From assembly GCA_050015075.1 (NCBI GenBank), contig JBEKCB010000006.1, positions 64,001 through 128,000 of the forward strand: 64,000 bases of DNA, given 5' to 3'. Numbering within the stretch: the stretch's first letter is position 1; every line of letters starts with the position of its first letter. Below, piece after piece: positions 38,107-47,216 of this stretch. A program made the translations under genes and the position numbers. This stretch comes from Candidatus Brocadiia bacterium. GTDB taxonomy: Bacteria > Planctomycetota > Brocadiia > CAIUPP01. The notes beneath the pieces are model-generated. The model was not told where the DNA came from, made no database searches, and saw nothing but the letters and a program-made list of their open reading frames with translations.

Positions 38107-40047
38107 TTATTTTTCGTTCGACCGTTTCAGGTCCGGCAACTCGGCCAGCAGGCTCGGGAACTCCTCCATGTTCGTGTGCGGTAGGAAGTTCGCCGCGACG
38201 AATTCTTCCATAAAGCGCGCGTTCTGCATGAGGTCGAAGTACGCCATCTGCGAGGCGAGTTTCTCCACCGTGTCCATGGCCTCCTCGCTGACGAGCGCCA
38301 TCCGCGCGCCGGTGACGCTGCCGTTGCCGACGAAATGGATCCGCTCGTTCTCCACGTCCGGCAGCATGCCGATCGCGATCGCGCTGCGCACGTCCAGGTA
38401 ATTTCCGAACCCTCCGGCGAGAAATATCTGCTGGATCCGGTCGGTGGTCAGGTCGAGCGATTCGAGGAGCACTTTGACCGAGGCATAAATGGCGGCCTTG
38501 GCGCGGATGAGGTTGCGGACGTCGGACTGCGTGATGACGAGGTCGGTGTCGAGGCTGGTGAGGTGTTTCGGGACGACCATGAATTCGAGGCCTTCCGCGC
38601 CTTCGCGCACGTTCGGAGCGGCGCGCTGCAGCGTGCCGCGGCGGTCGAGGATGCCGACGCGCAGCATCCATGCGAGCGCATCGAGCAGGCCGGAGCCGCA
38701 CAGGCCGCGCGGCGGGAGCTTGCCGATCGTCTCGAACTCGGTCCGGCCGTCCGGGAGTATCTTCAGGCGCTCGATGGCGCCGCGCGCGGCGCGCATGCCG
38801 TGCTTCACGCCGCTGCCTTCGAAGGCCGGCCCCGCGGAGGCCGAGCAGCAGACCATCCACTCCTTGTTTCCCAGCACCACCTCGCCGTTGGTGCCGATGT
38901 CCACGTAGAGGCTCAGGTCGCTGATGTGGTCGAACCGGATGGCCGCGACGCCGGCGGTGATGTCGCTGCCGACGTACGCGCCGACGCTCGGCAGCGTATA
39001 GAGCAGGCCGCGGCCGTTGATGCGGATGCCGACCTGCGAGGCCCGGATCGGCGGAATATGGTTGGCCGACGGGACGTACGGCGCGCGCTGAATCCGCGCC
39101 GGGTCCAGGCCGATGAGGAAATGGATCATCGCGGTATTGCCGGAGCAGAGGATCGCCACCACGTCGTGCAGCGCGATGCGGTTCCGGCGCACGAGGACGT
39201 TGATCAGGTCGTTGACGTCGCCGACGACGGTCCGCTGCATCAGCCCAAGCGCCTTGTGCTCGCGCGCGTACATGATGCGCGCGATGTAGTCCTCGCCGTA
39301 CTGCATCTGCGAATTGTAACGCGCCTCGACATCCACCGTGCGCCCGGTGTTCAGGTCCACCATCTGCGCGACGACCGTGGTCGTGCCCACGTCCACCGCC
39401 AGGCCGAACGAGTGGGCGGTCGTGTCGCCCGGCTCGACCTGCACCAGCTCGGTCACCGCGCCGCGCCGGCCGAGCGTGACGGTGACGCGATAGTTCGCCT
39501 GCTCGAGCACGTCCGGGAGTCCCTGGAGCACGCTGAAGCCGGTCTGCAGTTCGCCGGCTTCCATCAGCCGCCGGATGGCCGTGTAGACGCGCTCGTGGTC
39601 CGGCAGCGGGTCGGCCATCGTGGGCGGCTTCATTTCGAGGAACAGCTTGCGGACCAGCGGCGCATGCCGGAACTCGGCGGGCGCCCAGCGGCTGACGAGC
39701 GTGCCGAATCGCTCGGCGTCCTCGTCCACGAGGATCTGGCCCGCCTGGGCCCGCGTCTCATCCGGGACAAGGATTTCGGCGTCGGTCAGCGCCCGCGCGC
39801 AGCAGGCGAGCAGGTGCTGCTGGAGCACCTCGTCGCGGCTGAGGAGCGTCGTCGGCGGGCTGTCCACGCGGCCGGACTTGAGGACGACCTTGCACTTGCC
39901 GCAGATGCCGTCGCCGCCGCAAACGGAATTCAGGTAGACGTTCGCGAGGCGGGCGGCGTCGAGGATCGTGGTGCCTTGCGGGACGGAGACGCCGATGCCG
40001 TCGGGAAGGAAACGGATGTGGCATTTCGGCGGCGCCTGGGTGTTCAT
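38107..40047 (-). CDS. acsV: Reductive activator of corrinoid proteins (RACo/AcsV; 2Fe-2S plus ASKHA domain)
   Basis: CGGDGICGKC...LAC, DVGTTT, DIGTNGE, AGPAFEG and AGGFG. Confidence 0.92.
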   Translation of the reverse strand: MNTQAPPKCHIRFLPDGIGVSVPQGTTILDAARLANVYLNSVCGGDGICGKCKVVLKSGRVDSPPTTLLSRDEVLQQHLLACCARALTDAEILVPDETRAQAGQILVDEDAERFGTLVSRWAPAEFRHAPLVRKLFLEMKPPTMADPLPDHERVYTAIRRLMEAGELQTGFSVLQGLPDVLEQANYRVTVTLGRRGAVTELVQVEPGDTTAHSFGLAVDVGTTTVVAQMVDLNTGRTVDVEARYNSQMQYGEDYIARIMYAREHKALGLMQRTVVGDVNDLINVLVRRNRIALHDVVAILCSGNTAMIHFLIGLDPARIQRAPYVPSANHIPPIRASQVGIRINGRGLLYTLPSVGAYVGSDITAGVAAIRFDHISDLSLYVDIGTNGEVVLGNKEWMVCCSASAGPAFEGSGVKHGMRAARGAIERLKILPDGRTEFETIGKLPPRGLCGSGLLDALAWMLRVGILDRRGTLQRAAPNVREGAEGLEFMVVPKHLTSLDTDLVITQSDVRNLIRAKAAIYASVKVLLESLDLTTDRIQQIFLAGGFGNYLDVRSAIAIGMLPDVENERIHFVGNGSVTGARMALVSEEAMDTVEKLASQMAYFDLMQNARFMEEFVAANFLPHTNMEEFPSLLAELPDLKRSNEK

Positions 40048-40059
40048 GCCGATGCCCCG

Positions 40060-41415
40060 TCAGCTTTTCGGGGCGTGCTGCGGCCAGACGGTCTTGAGGA
40101 ACGCCGGGAGCATGGAAGCCTCCTTCGGACCGACGAGGATTTCCCACCCGGTGGCCTCCTCGAGCTTGCCGGAAAGCACGGCGATGTGGCCCGGGATGAT
40201 GAGCTTCCGGTGGCGCACGATTTCCTCGGCCTTCGTGTCCTTCAGCGCCTTCGCGACGACTTTCTCATTGAGCTTGTCGCCGGAGTAGGCGGTCAGGACG
40301 GAGGTGCCCTCCGTATCCACGGCGATGATCCACGCCGGCACGCGGCTCGCTTCGACCTCGCCTTCGACCGAATAGTAGGTCAGGGAGAAGTTGGTCGTGA
40401 ACATGACCGGCGAGTCCTTGCCCGGCTCGCGGATGGCGTAGAGCTTCGCTTCGACCTGGATCGGTTTCTGCGGATCGGTGTAGATGTTCTGGCGGACCGT
40501 GAGCATCGGCAGGATCTGCCAGGGCTCGGCGCAGGAGGTGACGACGACGCCGGCGTATTTGGCGATGGCGCTGCCGGCGACGGCGATCTCGTCGAAGGGA
40601 TCGGCGCGGAGAGCGAAGACCAGCGCCGGATAGCCGAGCGGCCTGAAGTTCTTCTTCAGGGCGGCGCGGCGGGCAACGGTCAGCGCCTCGACGGTCGAGC
40701 GCAGGTCGGCCATCGTCAGGTCAATGAGGATGTCCTCGACGCCGGCCGCCTTGATCTGCGGCGTGAGCGCCGAAAGCGCTTCGAGGTCGGCGGCCTTGGC
40801 CACGATCGGGCAGCGGTGCTCTTTCGCGATGGCGGTCATCGCGGCGAAGTTCGCCGGCGTCGCGGCGTGGATCAGCGGCGCGCGGGAGGCGCACGCGGCC
40901 ACGGCGGCCTTCATGTTCTCGGGGCTGTCCGAGACCAGCGCGATGGCCAGCTTCGTCGCGGCAGCCGCCTCGCGCGCGGCGGCCGCGAACGGCTCCGCCT
41001 TGCCCGAGAGGTTGCGGACGGCGATCATGTCCACCTGGATCGGCAGGCCGACGCGGATGAACGAGAGTTTCCCGATGGCATCGAGGCGGCCTTTCCGCGC
41101 GGCCGCGTCGAGCGTGTCGTCCAGGGTCACGGCGATGCCGGCCGGATTGAAGAACTTGCCCTCGTGCCGGAAGAGCACGGTCTCCTCGCCGACGGCGAAC
41201 GTCCGCCCGTCGCCGCCGAGGGTCACCTTGCGGATCGGCGGGGCCGACGCGCCGGCCAGCGCCGCCTTGGCCTCTTCGCTGACGAACGGGCACTCCTCGA
41301 TATTCGCCTTCTTCTGGGCGAGCTGCATCGCAAACGCGATGCACGTCGGCCGACCGCATTTCTTGCAGTTGGTCTTCGGCAGCAGCTTGAAGATGTCCAG
41401 GCCGGACAGAGCCAT
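40060..41415 (-). CDS. acsC: Corrinoid iron-sulfur protein large (gamma) subunit
   Basis: LPKTNCKKCGRPTC..FA...CP, RQNIYTDPQKP and TTNFSLTY. Confidence 0.97.
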   Translation of the reverse strand: MALSGLDIFKLLPKTNCKKCGRPTCIAFAMQLAQKKANIEECPFVSEEAKAALAGASAPPIRKVTLGGDGRTFAVGEETVLFRHEGKFFNPAGIAVTLDDTLDAAARKGRLDAIGKLSFIRVGLPIQVDMIAVRNLSGKAEPFAAAAREAAAATKLAIALVSDSPENMKAAVAACASRAPLIHAATPANFAAMTAIAKEHRCPIVAKAADLEALSALTPQIKAAGVEDILIDLTMADLRSTVEALTVARRAALKKNFRPLGYPALVFALRADPFDEIAVAGSAIAKYAGVVVTSCAEPWQILPMLTVRQNIYTDPQKPIQVEAKLYAIREPGKDSPVMFTTNFSLTYYSVEGEVEASRVPAWIIAVDTEGTSVLTAYSGDKLNEKVVAKALKDTKAEEIVRHRKLIIPGHIAVLSGKLEEATGWEILVGPKEASMLPAFLKTVWPQHAPKS

Positions 41416-41452
41416 TGCAGCTCCCTTCTTTTCCTTATCCGCGGTTCGGGCG

Positions 41453-42052
41453 TCAGATCTCGGTGGAGCTCGAAATCACCTTGCCCACCAGGCCGTACTC
41501 TTTGGCCTCGGAGGCGCTCATCCAGTAGTTGCGGTGCGTATCTTTTTTCACTTTTTCGATGGGCTGGCCGGTCTCGTCGGAGATCAGCTTGTCGCCCTTC
41601 TCGCGCAGCTTGAGGATCTCGGAGGCCTCGATCATGATGTCGGCGGCGCTGCCGCGAATTCCGGTGCTGGGCTGGTGGATCAGGAAGCGCGCGTTCGGCA
41701 GGCTCAGGCGGCGCTCCTTCGGGCAGGCCAGGAGCACGATCACCGCGGCGCTGGCGGTCAGCCCGGCGGAGACGGCCTTGACCGGCGATTGGATGAACCG
41801 GATGACGTCGAAAATGGCGAATCCCGCGTCGGCGTCGCCGCCGGGGGAATTGATGAAGAGCTTGATCGGCTCGTCCGGCTCTTCCGCCGCCAGGAGCAGC
41901 AGCTCCGCGACAAGGCGCTGCGACGACCGCCGGTTGATTTCACCGGTCAGGAGCAGCGTGCGCTGCTTCAACAGCCGTATCGAGACCTGGCCTTCCAGAC
42001 GTTTCTCTTCCGACTCGTCCGACGGCGCATTGCGGCGCGGCCGATATGCCAT
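41453..42052 (-). CDS. clpP: Clp protease proteolytic subunit
   Basis: FINSPGG, ASAA (Ser), IHQP (His) and EAKEYGLV; true ATG at 42052, the ORF-track N-terminal extension is spurious. Confidence 0.92.
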   Translation of the reverse strand: MAYRPRRNAPSDESEEKRLEGQVSIRLLKQRTLLLTGEINRRSSQRLVAELLLLAAEEPDEPIKLFINSPGGDADAGFAIFDVIRFIQSPVKAVSAGLTASAAVIVLLACPKERRLSLPNARFLIHQPSTGIRGSAADIMIEASEILKLREKGDKLISDETGQPIEKVKKDTHRNYWMSASEAKEYGLVGKVISSSTEI

Positions 42053-42066
42053 AGATAGCCTCTCGT

Positions 42067-44274
42067 TCAGAACATGGACTCCATCGAAAGGGCGGGATGC
42101 CCTTTCTGGGTCAGATAAGCGAGCACCTCTTCCTCGGACGTCGCGACGGTCTCGTCGGCGATCTTGTCGGCGAAGTCCTCGCCGAGGCCGGCGTCCTTCG
42201 CGCGATGCGTGAGGCTGTCGCCGAGGGTTTCCTTGAGCTTCTTCGGCATCCAGACCACGCGCGCCAGGCCGCCGTCGCCGGAGATGAACTTGGGGGAAAC
42301 GATGTACTGCCGGGAATGCCCGACAAAGCCGGGCGTCTGCTGCCCGCCGCCGACCGTGCCGGCGAGCGTGCTGAACTTCATGCCGCACGGGGTCATTTCC
42401 GGGTAGTCGCGGTCCACGATCATAATGCCGTTCGTGCTCGGCAGGATCGCGGAGATGGCCTCGAAGCAGCCGCAGGAGGTCATCGGGTCCTTGATCATGC
42501 TGTAGGCGCTGAAGCGTTCGATCGCGCGGTTGGACTTGCCCTGCACGAACTCGTTGACTTTCTCCCACTGGCCGAGCTTCTCCTCGACGGCGCGGCCTTT
42601 CTCGATCGGCTGGTTGGGGCCGGTCGGGTTGATCTCGAACGCGGCGCGACCGTCGAGCCAGTTGTACGCGCCGCAGAGGCCGCTGCGCTCGGGCGTGATG
42701 ATGCAGACGTGGTTCGGCGCGAAGGACTGGCAGAGCGTGCAGGAGTAGAACGTCTCCACCGACTCGTCGGTCATGCCGGCCAGCCGGTCGTCGCGCTCCT
42801 TGAAGACCTTCCGCGCCGCGTCGCGCAGTTCCAGGATTTTCTTCTCGTCGGTGTAGATCTTCACCTGGATGCGGTCCACGATGGCGCTGTACTGCTCGTG
42901 GAGCATGGCGTGGAGGATGGTGCCGAAGTGCTCGAGTTTCAGGCCGGCGGTCTTGGCCTGCTTGCTCACGCGGACCCAGATGGTGTCGCGCTGGCCCATG
43001 TGGAAGATGCCCTGCGCCTCGTTGAGGAAGCGGTGGACCTGGCGTTCGAGGATCGGCTCGAAGTCGGGCTGCATCTTGCGGCCGGCGACCTCGATCCAGA
43101 TCGCCAGCGGCAGGCGGCCGCCTTCCTTGACGTCGGCGAGGTCCGGGCCGATGACTTCGACGCGCCCGTCCTTGACCTGGTCCATGTCGAGCATGGTGCA
43201 GAACTCGAAGGCCGGAGTGCGCTGGCCGCCCATCTCGCAGTGCATGTCCTCTTTGCGGATGCGCTCGCCCTCGAAGGCCGGGCTGTACGGGACCGGGATC
43301 GGGATGTGGGTGATCTTGATCTTCAGCCCGCGCACGCTGATGGCGCGCTCGACCATGTCCTCGACCGGCACGGAGCTGACCACATGCTCGTAGGTGCAGA
43401 TGCCGGTGGGCAGCACTTCGGGGATTTCCGTCTCCGCGATGGTCGGGAAGCCGTAGTTGATCGCGCCGGCGGCGGTGGCGTACTTCTCGTCGTCCACTTC
43501 GCCGAGCGCCAGCACGAACGCGAAGATGCGGTTCTTATTGTAGCGCAGGTTGCGCGCGAAATCGCCCGGCTGAACGCCGCCGAAGGAAAGCGCCGCGCGG
43601 GAGGCGAAGCCGAGCGCGAAGATCGCGGCGGAAATGTCCTTGCCGAACGGGATGAGCCGCGTGTCCCAGCCCATCTGCACGCCGCCCTCGGCGAGCTGCT
43701 CCGCCATGGTCTTGCCGTCCGTGTGGCCGGCCATGAAGACGTACAGGCGCTTTTCCTGGAGCTGGCGCGCGAGCTTGACGGCCTGCTCGGTGGTCTTGCA
43801 GGCGCCGACGCAGGCGGCGAAACCCGGCGCCGAGCCGTCCACGAACTCGATGCCGCGCTCGCGCATGATCTTGTCGTCCGCCGCGCCGAGCCAGATGCGC
43901 CCGTCCAGCGGCGCCTCGGTCATCGTGTACGGGATCGGGTCGTCGAGGTACTTGCACGCCTCGAAGATTTCCTCCGCCCAGAGCGTGGCCATGCCCGCGT
44001 CGAGCGCGTGGCCGAGATAGGGAACCCACAACTTCTTCTCGGGGACCGGCGGCAGCAGTTCTTTCGCCTGCGTCAGCGCCTCGCGCATCTGGCCGAGGGT
44101 CTTGATGGCGATCCCGGTCATCGAATAGATGATCGGGAGGTAATAGCCGGTGTTCGGCAATTCGACTTTCTGGTCGGCGCCTTTGGCCTCGATCATCTGG
44201 TCGAGCTTGCTCTCGGCGCGCGCCACGTGCTTGTAGGCGCCGCGGATGGCCGCAGAGCAGATCAGCTTTGACAT
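42067..44274 (-). CDS. acsB: Acetyl-CoA synthase, bacterial type
   Basis: PNTGYYLP, YSCTLCQSFAPNHVC, GLCGA and PMTSCGCFE A-cluster ligands. Confidence 0.98.
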   Translation of the reverse strand: MSKLICSAAIRGAYKHVARAESKLDQMIEAKGADQKVELPNTGYYLPIIYSMTGIAIKTLGQMREALTQAKELLPPVPEKKLWVPYLGHALDAGMATLWAEEIFEACKYLDDPIPYTMTEAPLDGRIWLGAADDKIMRERGIEFVDGSAPGFAACVGACKTTEQAVKLARQLQEKRLYVFMAGHTDGKTMAEQLAEGGVQMGWDTRLIPFGKDISAAIFALGFASRAALSFGGVQPGDFARNLRYNKNRIFAFVLALGEVDDEKYATAAGAINYGFPTIAETEIPEVLPTGICTYEHVVSSVPVEDMVERAISVRGLKIKITHIPIPVPYSPAFEGERIRKEDMHCEMGGQRTPAFEFCTMLDMDQVKDGRVEVIGPDLADVKEGGRLPLAIWIEVAGRKMQPDFEPILERQVHRFLNEAQGIFHMGQRDTIWVRVSKQAKTAGLKLEHFGTILHAMLHEQYSAIVDRIQVKIYTDEKKILELRDAARKVFKERDDRLAGMTDESVETFYSCTLCQSFAPNHVCIITPERSGLCGAYNWLDGRAAFEINPTGPNQPIEKGRAVEEKLGQWEKVNEFVQGKSNRAIERFSAYSMIKDPMTSCGCFEAISAILPSTNGIMIVDRDYPEMTPCGMKFSTLAGTVGGGQQTPGFVGHSRQYIVSPKFISGDGGLARVVWMPKKLKETLGDSLTHRAKDAGLGEDFADKIADETVATSEEEVLAYLTQKGHPALSMESMF

Positions 44275-44288
44275 GAATTTCTCCCGGT

Positions 44289-46229
44289 TTACACTTTAAG
44301 TTCGCGGCGATCGGCCATGTCGAACAGCTTGCGTTCCTTCTTCTCGTTGATGCCGAGAGCGTCGCGTTTGGACTCGATGTGCTCCCGGACGACCTGCGCC
44401 ATGCGCTTCGGGTCCGGCTCGATGGCCCAGCGGCCGCCGAGTTCCTTGGCGATGCCGCCGGTCAGGTAATCGTTGACCTCGCGGCTGCCTTCGATGGGCA
44501 GCCCGATGCCGAAGACGACGAGCGCGCCGGAGGCGACGAAGTATTGCCCGATGGCGACGGCCTTCTCGCTCATCCACTCGGGCGCGACGCCGGCGACGGG
44601 CAGGTCGCTCAGGTCCGCGCCCAGGCCGCCCTCGCGCACCATCTCGCAGCAGGCGATCAGGATGCGCGAGTTGTCCACGCACGATCCGGAATGGAGCACC
44701 GGCGGGATGCCGACCGTGTCGCAAATCTCGCGCAGGCCCGGCCCGGCCTTTTCCTTGATCTCCGGCTGCAACAGCCCCTGCTTGCCGCTGGCGATGGCCA
44801 TGCACCCGGTCTGGACGACGAGGATGTCCTTCGAGATCAGTTCGGTGACGAGGTCCCAATTCGCCGTGTCGCAGGCGAACTTCGGCGAGTTGCACCCGAC
44901 GACGCCGACGATGCCGCGGATGCGGCCGTTCATGATGTTGTCGTTGAGCGGGCGATACGAGGCGCGGAACCGGCCGCCGAGCATGTAGCGGATCGTCTCA
45001 TGGCTGAAGCCGACCACGAGGTCGTTGACCTCGGAGGGGATTTCGACTTTGCCGCGGTTCTGGAGGTTGTCAATGGCGAGTTCGACGATCTCCTTGGCGA
45101 CCTCGAGCGCGCGGTGTTCGTCGAACTGCATGTGCAGCGCGCCGGTGATGTGCGCCTTCGCCGAGGTGGTGATGATTTTGCTGTGGTACGACCGGGCGAC
45201 GCGCACGATGGACTGCATGATGCACTGCACGTCCACGACCATCGCCTCGACCGCGCCGGTGGCGAGGGCGAGTTCCTGCTGCATCGAGTTGCCGGCGATC
45301 GGGACGCCGTGGCGCATGAGGGTCTCGTTGGCGGTGCAGCACATCCCCGCGACGGTGATGCCGCCCTTGGCGCCGGCGGCCTTCGCCTTGGCGATGAGCT
45401 TCGGGTCCTGGGCGGCCAGGACGATCATCTCGGAAAGCGTCGGCTCGTGGCCGTGGATGATGATGTTCACGGTGTCCTCGCGCAGCACGCCGAGGTTGGC
45501 GCGCGCCTGGCGCGGGATGGGCGTACCGAAGAGGATGTCCTGCAGCTCCGTGGCGATCATCGAGCCGCCCCAGCCGTCGGCGAGCGCGCAGCGGCTGGCC
45601 TGGGCGAGGATCGTGCGGAAGTCCTGGTCCACGCCCATGGTGGTGCGATGGAGCACTTCGGTCACCTCGCGGTCCACGGCGCGCGGGGCGATGCCGTTCT
45701 CTTTCCAGATTTTCTGCCGCGGCTCGGGCGCGCGCTTGAGGAAGCGCTGCTCGCCCTCGTGCTTGCCGAATTCGGAGAGCGCCGTGAGCACGACGAGTTC
45801 CGCGAGCGCCGCGGTGGATTTCTCCGCGGGGTCAATTCCGTAAAGCCGGGCGACGGCGTTGAGCTTCTGGACGTCGCGGATGGTGTAGTCCGGCGCCTTG
45901 CCGGTGGCGGCCATCAGCAGCGTCTCGGCGACGCTCCGGCCGTGGTCGCTGTGCGCGGCCGTTCCGGCGGCGACCATGCGGGCGAAGTTCCTCGACACGA
46001 TCGTGCTCGCCGAGGCGCCGCAGACGCCGCGCTCCTGGCCGGGGACGCCTTCGACGACGCGGCACGGGCCCATGAAACAGTTCCGGCAACACAGGCCGCT
46101 GGTGCCGAACTTGCATTGGGGCTCCATGGTCGCGTGCCGGTCCCAGGCGGTCTCGACGCCGTCGCGCCGCGCCTTCTCCAGCATCTGCTGCGTGGCGCCA
46201 TCCACGGGTCTCTTCTGCTCTTCAGGCAT
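44289..46229 (-). CDS. acsA: Anaerobic [Ni-Fe] carbon monoxide dehydrogenase
   Basis: QCKFG..G.CCRNCFMGPC, HGHEP, GMCCT, DVQC, GCN, TGC, GSCVD and EKA. Confidence 0.98.
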   Translation of the reverse strand: MPEEQKRPVDGATQQMLEKARRDGVETAWDRHATMEPQCKFGTSGLCCRNCFMGPCRVVEGVPGQERGVCGASASTIVSRNFARMVAAGTAAHSDHGRSVAETLLMAATGKAPDYTIRDVQKLNAVARLYGIDPAEKSTAALAELVVLTALSEFGKHEGEQRFLKRAPEPRQKIWKENGIAPRAVDREVTEVLHRTTMGVDQDFRTILAQASRCALADGWGGSMIATELQDILFGTPIPRQARANLGVLREDTVNIIIHGHEPTLSEMIVLAAQDPKLIAKAKAAGAKGGITVAGMCCTANETLMRHGVPIAGNSMQQELALATGAVEAMVVDVQCIMQSIVRVARSYHSKIITTSAKAHITGALHMQFDEHRALEVAKEIVELAIDNLQNRGKVEIPSEVNDLVVGFSHETIRYMLGGRFRASYRPLNDNIMNGRIRGIVGVVGCNSPKFACDTANWDLVTELISKDILVVQTGCMAIASGKQGLLQPEIKEKAGPGLREICDTVGIPPVLHSGSCVDNSRILIACCEMVREGGLGADLSDLPVAGVAPEWMSEKAVAIGQYFVASGALVVFGIGLPIEGSREVNDYLTGGIAKELGGRWAIEPDPKRMAQVVREHIESKRDALGINEKKERKLFDMADRRELKV

Positions 46230-46261
46230 GGGATCATCCTAACTATTGACATCCGGGTAAT

Positions 46262-47062
46262 TCAATTGCGTTTTTCGCGGGCTTCGCGTCCCTCGCCGAT
46301 ATGCTTCAACAGGCTGCGATAAATCTGCCGCGTTTCCTCCACGGCCGCCGGCGCGCTTTCGAACGCCGGCCGTCCCTCCATGTCCGCGCGCGCCAGTTCC
46401 GGATGCTGCGAAATGCAGCCCAGCAAAGGCAGGCCGTCCAGAGATTCTTCGAGGAAGCGGCGATGCTCGGCCGTCTCGATTTTGTTTCCGACCGCCAGCG
46501 TTTTCCGGATGCCGATCTCCTGCGCGAGGCGGCGAATCGCGGAGGCGACTTCGATGCTGCGCCGGCCGGGCTCCACGACCACGATCAGCGCGTCCACCGC
46601 CGCGACGGTTGCGCGGCCCAGGTGCTCGATTCCGGCCTCCATGTCCACGATGACGGCGTCTTCGCGCATCACCAGCAGGTGCGCGAGGAGCGTCTTGAGC
46701 AGCGCGTTCTCCGGGCAGGCGCAGCCGCCGCCGCCCTTCGTGATGCCGCCGAGGACCATCAGCCGGACGCCTTCGTGCGCGACGGCGAACTTCTCCGGGA
46801 AATCGGAGACGTCGGGGTTGAGCTTGAAGTACTCGCCCGAACTGCCGGGGCTGGCCCCGGTCCGCTCATGGATCAGCTCTTTCATTTCACGGATCGGCGC
46901 CGGCCGGACCGCCGCCGGCAGACCGAGCGCCGCCGCCAGGTTGCTCGTGGGGTCGCCGTCAATGGCAATAACCTGATGCCCGTCCGCTGCGATCAGCCTG
47001 GACAATATGGCCACGAGAGTGGTCTTGCCCACGCCTCCTTTGCCTGAGACGGCCAGTTTCAT
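46262..47062 (-). CDS. cooC: CODH nickel-insertion ATPase
   Basis: SGKGGVGKTT, GGGGCACPEN and DMEAGIEHLGR. Confidence 0.95.
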   Translation of the reverse strand: MKLAVSGKGGVGKTTLVAILSRLIAADGHQVIAIDGDPTSNLAAALGLPAAVRPAPIREMKELIHERTGASPGSSGEYFKLNPDVSDFPEKFAVAHEGVRLMVLGGITKGGGGCACPENALLKTLLAHLLVMREDAVIVDMEAGIEHLGRATVAAVDALIVVVEPGRRSIEVASAIRRLAQEIGIRKTLAVGNKIETAEHRRFLEESLDGLPLLGCISQHPELARADMEGRPAFESAPAAVEETRQIYRSLLKHIGEGREAREKRN

Positions 47063-47104
47063 TCTTTTCGAGACTCCGCTGAGTGTGCCGGCGCATACCC
47101 TTCA

Positions 47105-47133
47105 AGTTTAGCATCCGATGCAGCTACCGTCAA
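47105..47133 (-). promoter_or_regulatory. sigma70 promoter of the acs operon
   Basis: TTGACG-17 nt-TAAACT, 42 nt upstream of cooC. Confidence 0.6.
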
Positions 47134-47216
47134 CATACAGATTCGCGGCCGGGAGAACGGATCGGGCTTCTCGAAGGTCTGCGCGGAGCGCCGGGTTGCG
47201 TCATGGAAGTGCAAGG

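Noticed and set aside
38335-41613. 1092-aa plus-strand ORF and other long antisense ORFs (7485-9122, 42097-44271, 44379-46322, 51855-54317, 55996-57957)
   Set aside because: Shadow frames opposite clear genes, expected with high GC at third codon positions; no recognisable motifs
41453-42568. Apparent 371-aa ClpP with an N-terminal extension
   Set aside because: The extension is an alternative frame of the acsB 3' end; the real start is ATG 42052
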